A stretch of 64,000 bases of DNA, taken from the IMG/VR virus record IMGVR_UViG_3300011417_000001. One strand, written 5' to 3'. The notes under the pieces are model-generated. The model was not told the origin of the DNA. It did no database searches and worked only from the letters and a program-made list of their open reading frames with translations. Below are positions 1 to 7,406 of the stretch, in pieces (the stretch's first letter is position 1; each line of letters opens with the position of its first letter). The translations under genes and the position numbers were made by a program. Origin of the DNA: a virus.

Positions 1-32
1 AAAAGGAATTGGATGCAGTAACTTCAAACTTA

Positions 33-126
33 ACGGAGCGTGGGCAATTTTAATTTATTTTTTTTTCGTTCATACCAGCACGAACTTAAATACGGAGCGA
101 TACACCCCCATTGCTTTAACGGACGG
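33..126 (+). repeat. Three direct copies of an ACGGAGCG-like octamer (33-40 ACGGAGCG, 92-99 ACGGAGCG, 119-126 ACGGACGG)
   Basis: Read directly; the copies lie upstream of the methyltransferase gene. Function unknown. Confidence 0.3.
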
Positions 127-170
127 GGCTATACGCTCGGTTTGTTTTTCACAAACTGGCGTTATAGCCC
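126..170 (+). other. Long imperfect hairpin (GGGCTATACGC ... GCGTTATAGCCC, with inner GGTTTG/CAAAC helix)
   Basis: The arms at 126-136 and 159-170 are complementary apart from one extra T. An inner stem pairs 139-144 with 152-156. No U-tract follows the hairpin. Confidence 0.4.
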
Positions 171-172
171 AT

Positions 173-186
173 GTTACCAGTAGTGC
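173..186. repeat. Left arm of a 14-nt inverted repeat flanking the methyltransferase ORF (GTTACCAGTAGTGC)
   Basis: The reverse complement of 1020-1033 is GTTACCAGTAATGC, a 13/14 match. Confidence 0.45.
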
Positions 187-210
187 GGTTAATTATAGAT
201 AAAATTTAAT

Positions 211-1020
211 ATGGAAAACGAAACAACTTTTAATAATTTTTTGTGCGGTGGCAAACTTACTCACGGTTCTCTTTTTAGTGGAATTGGAGGATTTGAATTA
301 GGTGCAGAATGGGCTGAAATACCAACATTATGGAATTGCGAAATATTACCATACCAACAAAAGATACTTAAACAACATTATCCAAATACAAAACAATATG
401 CAGACATCAAAGAATTGCGAAACCCCGAATACTGCGACATCATTAGCGGTGGATTCCCTTGCCAAGACATTTCAAATAGTGGAACAAAACTTGGAATTAA
501 AGGACACCGAAGCGGATTGTGGGGCGAAATGTTTAGAATTATTCGGGAAGTTAGACCTAAATACGTCATCATTGAAAACAGCCCAGCACTCATTATTCGA
601 GGATTTGAACGAGTGTTATGCGACCTTTCCCAAATCGGGTATAATGCAGAATGGCAATGTTTATCGGGCAAGCAGTTTGGAACAACCCATAAACGAGAAA
701 GAATATACTGCATTGCCTACTCCGATGGCTTCGGACAACAAGCATTTTATGAACCGAGTAGATTCGGTATTAAGTCGAGTAAAAATTGGGAAGCAGATAG
801 CACTTGTTTCAGTATGCCAAATGAATGGCTTGACAGACCAGGAAATAGTTTCACTATACGAAGGGGTAATGACGTTCCCAATAAATTACACCGAATTAAA
901 GGGTGTGGGAATGCCGTGATGCCAGTTATTGCTTACTATCTATTTTCTTGTATTAAAAAAAGGGAGGAAAAAAAATTATTAAAAGTTGAACCGAAATGTT
1001 CAATCGAAGCACTAATGTAG
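211..1020 (+). CDS. DNA (cytosine-5)-methyltransferase, orphan, short target-recognition region
   Basis: C5-MTase motifs occur in canonical order: I FSGIGGF, IV GFPCQDIS, VI ENSPAL, VIII QFGTTHKRERIY, X GNAVMP. No neighbouring restriction endonuclease was recognised. Confidence 0.9.
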   Translation: MENETTFNNFLCGGKLTHGSLFSGIGGFELGAEWAEIPTLWNCEILPYQQKILKQHYPNTKQYADIKELRNPEYCDIISGGFPCQDISNSGTKLGIKGHRSGLWGEMFRIIREVRPKYVIIENSPALIIRGFERVLCDLSQIGYNAEWQCLSGKQFGTTHKRERIYCIAYSDGFGQQAFYEPSRFGIKSSKNWEADSTCFSMPNEWLDRPGNSFTIRRGNDVPNKLHRIKGCGNAVMPVIAYYLFSCIKKREEKKLLKVEPKCSIEALM

Positions 1021-1033
1021 CATTACTGGTAAC
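1020..1033. repeat. Right arm of the inverted repeat flanking the methyltransferase ORF (GCATTACTGGTAAC)
   Basis: Overlaps the TAG stop of the methyltransferase and pairs with 173-186. Confidence 0.45.
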
Positions 1034-1118
1034 GTTTTGCCGCTTTATGCAGTGCGATTATTAAGCAGGAACATCACTATGAAAAACGAAAGAAAAAATT
1101 AAAATAAAATTTAGAGCG

Positions 1119-1583
1119 ATGGCAAATATTTTACCCGTAATAACATTATACCAACCGTGGGCTACTTGGATAATGAGAGAATGGAAAACAATAGAAACAA
1201 GAACCCACAACCGTTTTGCATCTTTAATTCACAGGCACGTTTTGATACACGCAGGGCAAAGAACTGACGATAGCGACCTGACTGTAAAAAATCCATACCT
1301 GACTAAAGAACAAATATGTTTCAATCCCGATGAAGTAATTAACGGGGCAATATTAGGGAGCGTTTATGTAGATGCTTGTGGCTGGCTTTGCGGAGATAAT
1401 TACGAGAACAAAAGCGCATTGATTGAAACAACAAACAGGTATGGATTATTTTTAAAAGATGCAAAACGGTTTGACGAACCATTATATGTGAAGGGTGAAA
1501 TGGGAATATGGTATTACGATTTAGATGCAAAACAGAAAGTTAAAAAACCAGTTACAAATGCGGGTCAGGAAATTTTATTTTAA
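1119..1583 (+). CDS. ASCH (PUA-like) domain protein
   Basis: The N-terminal ITLYQPWATWIMREWKTIETRTH matches the ASCH signature (QPWA..I..G.K..E.R). The size is about 150 aa. Confidence 0.6.
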   Translation: MANILPVITLYQPWATWIMREWKTIETRTHNRFASLIHRHVLIHAGQRTDDSDLTVKNPYLTKEQICFNPDEVINGAILGSVYVDACGWLCGDNYENKSALIETTNRYGLFLKDAKRFDEPLYVKGEMGIWYYDLDAKQKVKKPVTNAGQEILF

Positions 1584-1938
1584 TTTTTTCCTCCCGAAAG
1601 TTCCTATGAAAACGGAAACTAAGCATTGCATTAAAGCGGCTTGTTATGCGGTCGTTTTAATGCCGCATAACGTTCCGAAGATTAAGGAAGTTAAAAAATA
1701 AAAAATTAGGAAGCACCATGTTTCACTTACCGATACACTTTATAGAAAGCACAACTGCCCGAAGTTCCGACAATGCTTTTTATTTTTTAATTTACTTTAA
1801 TCTTTTTGTTATCAGTAGTTGCCTTCCAGTAAACTTCAATCGAAGCCGTAAACCTTTTTTTCTTAAAACTTTTTTGAGGGTGGCTTTTATTTTTTCTCCC
1901 TTATTATCAAACACTTACAAATTTATTTTCAAAAACAC

Positions 1939-1969
1939 TTGTATATCTCATATACACGATGTATATTTG
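1939..1969 (+). promoter_or_regulatory. Bacteroidota-type promoter (cTTG, 20 nt, TATATTTG)
   Basis: The -7 box TATATTTG is at 1962-1969 and TTG at 1939-1941, about 40 nt upstream of the 2012 ATG. Confidence 0.5.
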
Positions 1970-2011
1970 CACCGTGATTGTAATTCAGCACCCACATAAA
2001 CAAATAAAGAA

Positions 2012-2380
2012 ATGAAAACTTATTCAGCAAATGACCACGCAAAACTTGACACAGCAGAAAGAAAAAACTCTTTCATTAAATTTATGGAGTTAGAATATGC
2101 TGGTTACATTGATTCAGATTCAAAAAGAATATCTGCTCACAACGATGGAGATTTTGATTGGTTCGTTGGAGAATGGCTTAAATGGTTTAACACAGAGGAA
2201 ACTCTGTGTTCTGTGGAAACAAAAGGCGGTTCAACATGGTATGTTGATTTTCAAAGAAGGAGAAACCTGTTCAATGTTCATCAGGACGAAAAATTCAGAG
2301 TGCAAAGAAAAACAATGGGCGAAGCACTTGAATATATTTTTAACGCATTGGGCGGTAAGGCACATTTAAAATTCGCATAA
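2012..2380 (+). CDS. Hypothetical protein
   Basis: 122-aa ORF downstream of the promoter. Its stop is 1 nt from the next ATG. Confidence 0.5.
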   Translation: MKTYSANDHAKLDTAERKNSFIKFMELEYAGYIDSDSKRISAHNDGDFDWFVGEWLKWFNTEETLCSVETKGGSTWYVDFQRRRNLFNVHQDEKFRVQRKTMGEALEYIFNALGGKAHLKFA

Positions 2381-2381
2381 C

Positions 2382-2588
2382 ATGGAAACGAAAAAAGTAA
2401 AAGCGAAAACAATCAAAGTGGGTGATGTTCTTTTTTACGAACACACCCACAAGGATAAAACCTATTCAGGCACTCATTCAATTACAAGGGTGAGCGATAT
2501 TGATAGAACGACTGTCAATATGAATTATGCCGAAGGTGGTTTCGGATTGTATCAGAAAAACATTTTTGTAAACAAAGTAATTCAATGA
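2382..2588 (+). CDS. Hypothetical protein
   Basis: 68-aa ORF coupled to its neighbours, with an ATGA overlap to the next ORF. Confidence 0.45.
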   Translation: METKKVKAKTIKVGDVLFYEHTHKDKTYSGTHSITRVSDIDRTTVNMNYAEGGFGLYQKNIFVNKVIQ

Positions 2589-2764
2589 GAAAAAATTTAG
2601 ACATATCACCCGAAGCGGTAAAAGCATTGACACTGGAAGCGGTTAATCAGAATACGGTTTTTAAATTGTATGCTGAACAAATATTGGAAGATGCAGCTAA
2701 ACCTTTTATGAATTTGAAAAATTCAAAGAGCGTTGGCAAAAAAAGTTTTAAGAAAAAAAGATGA
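2585..2764 (+). CDS. Small protein, possible ribbon-helix-helix fold
   Basis: 59-aa ORF below the track cutoff, found by hand: MRKNLDISPEAVKALTLEAVNQNTVFKLYAEQILEDAA... It shows a strand-helix-helix pattern, has a Lys-rich tail, and overlaps the upstream stop as ATGA. Confidence 0.35.
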   Translation: MRKNLDISPEAVKALTLEAVNQNTVFKLYAEQILEDAAKPFMNLKNSKSVGKKSFKKKR

Positions 2765-2845
2765 TTAGCACTACACTTCATTCGGAGACGGGGCAATTAC
2801 TGATAACGATACAATAAACGAATCTGTATTGATAATCAAACAACA

Positions 2846-3736
2846 ATGACGCACAAAGAAAAGTTTTTATCGGTTCTTTCTGTTAGAGATTTGCAACCAA
2901 ATACTGTTAATACTTATACGACTATTTTTGATTCTTTCATGCGATATTGCATTTCTTTGAAATTAATTCCCGAAGATGTTTCAAGAGAGCAACTTATTTT
3001 TTATGTTTCAAAAATTAATTCTGATTCAATGAAGTGTCAGGCAATAGGAATGCTCCATAATTTTTATGAGTTCGCTTTAATGCAGGGGGTTAAGTTATAC
3101 AATTTCCCATATCCGCATAAAAAACGCGAACTACCGGATTATTTAACCCCACAAGAGCTTAAATTGCTTTTTGACAATGTTTCAAATATTAAACAGCGAA
3201 CAATTCTAAAACTTCAATATGCTTGCGGACTTCGTGTGCATGAGGTGTGTAAGATAAAGCGAAGTGATTTTATAAAAAAATGGGATGGCAATAATGAAAG
3301 ATTTGTTTACGATTTAAAGATAATAGGAAAAGGCGGACATTATGGAATTATACCCGTACCAGAAGAAACAATTAATGAGATTTTTTCTTATTGGAAATGG
3401 TTAAAAGAAAGGCATCCTGAATATTTATTTAAAGGGCAGTTTCGGTCATCGTATTCAACAGCAACAGTTCAGCTAATTATAAGAAAAACATTGAGAAGTC
3501 TTGGAATAATAAAACGTGGTTCATCGCACCTGCTTAGAACAAGCCGGGCGGTTCACCTTCTTAATGCCGGAATAGACATTGCGTTTATTCAACGGCTTCT
3601 CCGACATCGTAGCATAAAAACGACACAGCAATATTTGGGATTCAAGACCGATGATATGCGGGTAGTGTTCAGAAATGCCGACCTGTTTTTACAAAAAGAA
3701 TTTGAAATAAATCACAAACAATTAAAACAAGCATGA
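2846..3736 (+). CDS. Tyrosine site-specific recombinase / integrase
   Basis: Catalytic signature present: GLRVHEVCKIKRSDF (Arg box), HLLRTSRAVHL (HxxR), RLLRHRSIKTTQQYL (H/R...Y). The N-terminus resembles a SAM-like core-binding domain. Confidence 0.9.
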   Translation: MTHKEKFLSVLSVRDLQPNTVNTYTTIFDSFMRYCISLKLIPEDVSREQLIFYVSKINSDSMKCQAIGMLHNFYEFALMQGVKLYNFPYPHKKRELPDYLTPQELKLLFDNVSNIKQRTILKLQYACGLRVHEVCKIKRSDFIKKWDGNNERFVYDLKIIGKGGHYGIIPVPEETINEIFSYWKWLKERHPEYLFKGQFRSSYSTATVQLIIRKTLRSLGIIKRGSSHLLRTSRAVHLLNAGIDIAFIQRLLRHRSIKTTQQYLGFKTDDMRVVFRNADLFLQKEFEINHKQLKQA

Positions 3737-3915
3737 CAGAAAAAGAAAAAATTATCTTCAACGACATCGAGGCAAAAGCGGAGTACAGAAAGCAGTTCCA
3801 CCGCCTGCTGCCTACATCCGATATTGACAAACGATTTACCGTATCTGACCTCTATCGGATGGCATTAAAAAAGTATTTGCCTGAACTTAAAAAGTTAAAG
3901 GAATGGAGAGTTTAA
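3733..3915 (+). CDS. Hypothetical protein
   Basis: 60-aa ORF overlapping the integrase stop (ATGA). Confidence 0.4.
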   Translation: MTEKEKIIFNDIEAKAEYRKQFHRLLPTSDIDKRFTVSDLYRMALKKYLPELKKLKEWRV

Positions 3916-3954
3916 GTATCTTTACAAAACGGTTTTAGTTTTTATTTTTTATTC

Positions 3955-3997
3955 CCGCAGGTCGGTTTCGGGTTAGTTGCTGACTTGCGGTTTTTTT
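3955..3997 (+). terminator. Rho-independent terminator
   Basis: The stem pairs CCGCAGGTC (3955-3963) with GACTTGCGG (3982-3990), including one G-U pair, and is followed by T7. Confidence 0.6.
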
Positions 3998-4007
3998 ATT
4001 ACCTTTG
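3977..4007 (+). promoter_or_regulatory. Bacteroidota-type promoter (gTTG, 20 nt, TACCTTTG)
   Basis: The -7 box is at 4000-4007 and TTG at 3977-3979. Confidence 0.4.
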
Positions 4008-4037
4008 TCTTATTAAGCACGAATCACTTTTCAAGAA

Positions 4038-4068
4038 GCCGCCATTATTCCTCAAGTGGCGGTTTTTT
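4038..4068 (+). terminator. Rho-independent terminator or attenuator
   Basis: The stem pairs CCGCCA (4039-4044) with TGGCGG (4057-4062) and is followed by T6. It lies only about 50 nt after the predicted start site of the 4000-4007 promoter. Confidence 0.55.
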
Positions 4069-4084
4069 ATTATCTTTACCATCC

Positions 4085-5014
4085 TTGAAAATCTACATCA
4101 CCTCCGAAGATAGCGGATATGTCAGTACCGCAGCCCTGCAAGCGGATGTTCATGGGGTGTATCACAAAGCAACATGGTACAGCTTACAGGATGCTAACGG
4201 TAAGTTAAATCAAATAAATCTTACCGCTTATTATAACCGATGTAAAGCGTATGTAGCAACCGGCAAGAAGCTGATGATAGGCATTACTGCCGGGACAACT
4301 TCCTCCGCTTGCCTTTATCCGAGTGTTAATAAGTTACACTTTAAAGAGTACCGGGATGGCACACAAATCATGGACGAGTTCTGGCTTCCAAATGTCATGG
4401 ATGTGGATTACTCAAACAAATGGCTAAACTTCCTCAACCTGTTTTTCGCATGGATTAAATCTACGGATATTTGGAAGGATGTGGATATGCTAAAGCTCAC
4501 AGGGATTAACCGCGATAGCCAAGAGATAAGGCTTACCACCCAAACACCCTTTATCATCAAAACACCGCTTGCCACCGATGCCGATGCTATATGGACTTCG
4601 GTAGGCTATAATAAACAAGTAATCATTAACCTTTGGAAAAACATTGTTGATAAGGTAAAGTTACAGGGAAAGGATTTTACAATGGCGTTAATTACCAACA
4701 AGGCTTTCCCGCTTGAAAGTTTTCCCTTTCAGAACACTACTCTAACGCTTAGGGATTACGTTGTTTTAAAGGGAGGCTATGTTCAGAGTAACGCCCTGAC
4801 AGAAACCGCAGGCACGCCCGCAATAGTAACGCAGTGTCCTAAGTTCGGTTTTCAGGTGCATCGCCAGAAATATGATAAGATAATCGTTACCGATGAAGTT
4901 TTTGAAAACGTATTAAGAAATGGCATGAACAAAGGAGCGAAGTTTGTGGAGATATGGGATAGAAATGCGGTGAATCATAAGGAGGTGGTGGAAAAGATTA
5001 ATGCGTTAAATTAA
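4085..5014 (+). CDS. Hypothetical protein (cargo next to the integrase); start uncertain
   Basis: The long ORF at 3977-5014 runs through two terminator hairpins at its 5' end. A start at the in-frame TTG at 4085, or at the ATG at 4274, is therefore more plausible. No motif was recognised. Confidence 0.45.
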   Translation: MKIYITSEDSGYVSTAALQADVHGVYHKATWYSLQDANGKLNQINLTAYYNRCKAYVATGKKLMIGITAGTTSSACLYPSVNKLHFKEYRDGTQIMDEFWLPNVMDVDYSNKWLNFLNLFFAWIKSTDIWKDVDMLKLTGINRDSQEIRLTTQTPFIIKTPLATDADAIWTSVGYNKQVIINLWKNIVDKVKLQGKDFTMALITNKAFPLESFPFQNTTLTLRDYVVLKGGYVQSNALTETAGTPAIVTQCPKFGFQVHRQKYDKIIVTDEVFENVLRNGMNKGAKFVEIWDRNAVNHKEVVEKINALN

Positions 5015-5476
5015 GCCCAATCCTACTATGCTGCCAATTATCAACAGCCGCCAATACCATGCTAATTTAATTTTGTGACAGAATATAAACGCCACTAATC
5101 CATAAATTATTATTTCAAATATTTCTACTTTGTGAGGATTACCAATCAGTTCATCAAATAAATCATTTACCGTTATAGATAGCAGCCCCACAGTCAGCGA
5201 GTGGTCAATAATATTGTAGGTGTTTAAGAAAAGATATTGAAGAATTATCAGCAGCGAAATCAGGTAGCCGATGTACCAAAACTTATCCCCGCTTAATGGA
5301 ACGCATTCACAAACAGGCAGCAGCCGGTAAAGGTTGGTGTGGATAAGAATAATGACTAACGCTGTGCGTACGCCATATCGGTTAGTGAGGTCTTGATGGC
5401 GGATGAGAACCCGTTTTAAGGTCTGCCGCAACGTCATCAGCCTTGTCGTCAAATTCGCTTTGTTGAATCTCGTCAT
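5006..5476 (-). CDS. Multi-pass membrane protein; start may be the internal Met at 5437
   Basis: Several hydrophobic segments are present (ALVIILIHTNLY, WYIGYLISLLIILQYLF, IIIYGLVAFIF, LLIIGSIVGLGLI). Confidence 0.45.
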   Translation of the reverse strand: MTRFNKANLTTRLMTLRQTLKRVLIRHQDLTNRYGVRTALVIILIHTNLYRLLPVCECVPLSGDKFWYIGYLISLLIILQYLFLNTYNIIDHSLTVGLLSITVNDLFDELIGNPHKVEIFEIIIYGLVAFIFCHKIKLAWYWRLLIIGSIVGLGLI

Positions 5477-5618
5477 TGGCGTTCATTTCCGCTTCCTCCT
5501 CACCGAACTCAACTTTTACTTTGTAGCAACCTTCGGATTCTATCAGCTTTCGTTTAAAGGTTGGGGTGAAGGTATAATACGCGGTTTCTTCTTCCGTGAT
5601 TACTTTGTAATATGCCAT
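5382..5618 (-). CDS. Hypothetical acidic protein
   Basis: 78-aa ORF whose start directly abuts the stop of the PAS gene. Confidence 0.4.
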   Translation of the reverse strand: MAYYKVITEEETAYYTFTPTFKRKLIESEGCYKVKVEFGEEEAEMNANDEIQQSEFDDKADDVAADLKTGSHPPSRPH

Positions 5619-6293
5619 TTATAGTTTTTTTAAGGTGCAGGTGTAGCCTGTTGTTTTTCCGTTTGGTTTTCCGATAAATCTTACTTTGAAGTCAGGGGAG
5701 TTTGTTACCCGTAATTCAATATCAAAGATGCTGTTGCTTAATACTTTTGCTATTACTTGTTGGTACGCCCGAAGTTGGTCATCCTGATGAAAAATATTAA
5801 AGTAGTTTGTTTCGGTAATTTCTTCTATTTTCTTGCCCGACCATTCTAATACCGTTTCATTAGCAGAGAGCAAATGTCCGTTTGAATCCAATTCAAGAAT
5901 GCCGAAATTAGTATGGTCAAATATTACCTTTTGCCCCGCCCGTAATTTATTAACGCTACGGTCAATATTCAGTACAGTGTCTTTTAGGCTTTTGCCGCCA
6001 TTGCTTGTCAGCTCGTTTTTTATCTCCGTTTGCCCCAATAGAATCTGGTCAAGAACATCATTCTTTGCTACCATCTGTTTTTCAAGCCATGCGATTCTTT
6101 TCATAAACGGTATTCTAACGTATATCCATTTTAAAGGCACTAAAACTTTGTGCCTTACCTTGCGAAAGGTTAATGCAAGTGCGGTTATCCCAGCTATCAA
6201 CTCTGCCGTGATTCTGATTGCCTCTGGTAATTCTGCAAACCATTTAATGTTGATTGAGATTAGGTGGGCTGCCCCGTATAGTTCCTGTACCAT
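5619..6293 (-). CDS. Membrane-anchored PAS-domain protein with no output domain
   Basis: The N-terminus has a hydrophobic segment (AELIAGITALALTF) followed by a coiled linker. The C-terminal 110 aa fit the PAS pattern (FGILELDSNGHLLSANETVLEWSGKKIEEITETNYFNIFHQDD...IELRV). Confidence 0.65.
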   Translation of the reverse strand: MVQELYGAAHLISINIKWFAELPEAIRITAELIAGITALALTFRKVRHKVLVPLKWIYVRIPFMKRIAWLEKQMVAKNDVLDQILLGQTEIKNELTSNGGKSLKDTVLNIDRSVNKLRAGQKVIFDHTNFGILELDSNGHLLSANETVLEWSGKKIEEITETNYFNIFHQDDQLRAYQQVIAKVLSNSIFDIELRVTNSPDFKVRFIGKPNGKTTGYTCTLKKL

Positions 6294-6499
6294 GTTCGTT
6301 TGAGGTTTGGTTGGATGAACTTGGGGTTAAAAGTTCTAATAATTCGAGCAGCACAATATATGAGGCACAGTAGTCCTCGGTGGTAACTATAATAGGATTC
6401 TCGATTGGGGTATCGGGGCTGACTCGTTCTATTAATAGCATAAGGCAAATGTATATTAAAAGTTAAACGAAAAATACCATAAGTAATAAAGTTGTGAAC

Positions 6500-6715
6500 C
6501 TACTTTTTACTTTCATTGTCTTTTCTCTCCTCCTCTTTTCCTTCTAATCTTCCGAGGTCTTTTGCTTCGGCTATGCGTACCGTTAAGCCCGAATTTATAA
6601 GTTGATGCACTTGTGATATTTTGTTCCGGTTTTTTAAAGACACAATTAGTCCCGCTACCGCTGCTATGGTCGGGGCTGCGGATACTATCAATGCCAGCTG
6701 TACTGATTCGCTCAT
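6500..6715 (-). CDS. Small single-pass membrane protein with a charged C-terminus
   Basis: The transmembrane segment is LALIVSAAPTIAAVAGLIV and is followed by a Lys/Glu-rich tail. Confidence 0.4.
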   Translation of the reverse strand: MSESVQLALIVSAAPTIAAVAGLIVSLKNRNKISQVHQLINSGLTVRIAEAKDLGRLEGKEEERKDNESKK

Positions 6716-6721
6716 ATTGGA

Positions 6722-7180
6722 TTAAAAAATGATTGCCGTTCCAACACTTGTAGAAATTGTTTCCACATCGCCCCAACTCCTTCTTATGCCGTTTAACTTT
6801 AATGTGAACATATCGCTTAACCGTAACGAGTAGCCTACACCCATTCCTAAAAAATGCCTGTGATGGTCGTCCGAAAACTTGCTTGCAGGCTCGCTTTCGT
6901 CAAAATCCACGCCCACATCCAAGCAAAAATAAAACCTGCTGTCATCGGTTGGCTTTATAACCAACGCCTCGCTTCGGATGCCGATTTGGAAGTAGTCAAA
7001 TTCTGAATTGGTCGAAGCCCATCCGCCCCATTTTATTAAAGTGCCTGTTAAATAGCTTGCCTCAAACTGAAACTGATTGATGTCTAATACAGGATTTGTC
7101 GGTTCATATGCCGTAGCAATTCCTAACTGCCCCTTGCATGTTGCGGCAATGAGCATAAATAGTATGATTAATTTTTTCAT
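6722..7180 (-). CDS. Secreted small outer-membrane beta-barrel-like protein (lom/OmpX-like position)
   Basis: Has a signal peptide (MKKLIILFMLIAATCKGQ), alternating aromatic/hydrophobic strands and a C-terminal ...TAIIF (terminal Phe). It lies just downstream of the tail-fibre genes. Confidence 0.5.
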   Translation of the reverse strand: MKKLIILFMLIAATCKGQLGIATAYEPTNPVLDINQFQFEASYLTGTLIKWGGWASTNSEFDYFQIGIRSEALVIKPTDDSRFYFCLDVGVDFDESEPASKFSDDHHRHFLGMGVGYSLRLSDMFTLKLNGIRRSWGDVETISTSVGTAIIF

Positions 7181-7398
7181 TTTAATTTGTTTTTTGGTTT
7201 TATAAGAAATGTTACCGTGTCGCCCGGTGAATAAAGTTCTTTTGAATCCAGCACCACTGACGTATGTTCAAGTGAATGTTCGTACCATGTTCCGTTTTTT
7301 GTTGATTTCATTTTTACTGTATCAATGACATAGTTGTCGCGAATATGTACTGAACACGAGCTAAAGATAATTGATAATATAATGCACAAGAGTTTCAT
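7177..7398 (-). CDS. Lipoprotein
   Basis: Starting at the internal Met gives MKLLCIILSIIFSSC, a lipobox followed by Cys. Confidence 0.5.
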   Translation of the reverse strand: MKLLCIILSIIFSSCSVHIRDNYVIDTVKMKSTKNGTWYEHSLEHTSVVLDSKELYSPGDTVTFLIKPKNKLK

Positions 7399-7406
7399 TT
7401 GGCATA

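Noticed and set aside
1603-1775. Repeated GTTCC(G/T)A elements (CGAAAGTTCCTATG at 1603, ACGTTCCGAAG at 1669, CGAAGTTCCGAC at 1765) reminiscent of FRT-type recombinase half-sites, plus a 9-bp stem GTTATGCGG/CCGCATAAC at 1644-1672.
   Set aside because: The repeats are short (6-7 nt) and arranged inconsistently, which is within chance expectation for this length. There is no evidence linking them to the integrase.
1718-1999. The 93-aa plus-strand ORF in the 1584-2011 spacer.
   Set aside because: It has a low-complexity Phe/Leu/Ser composition that comes from T-rich DNA. It runs across the promoter of the 2012 gene and has no coupling to its neighbours.
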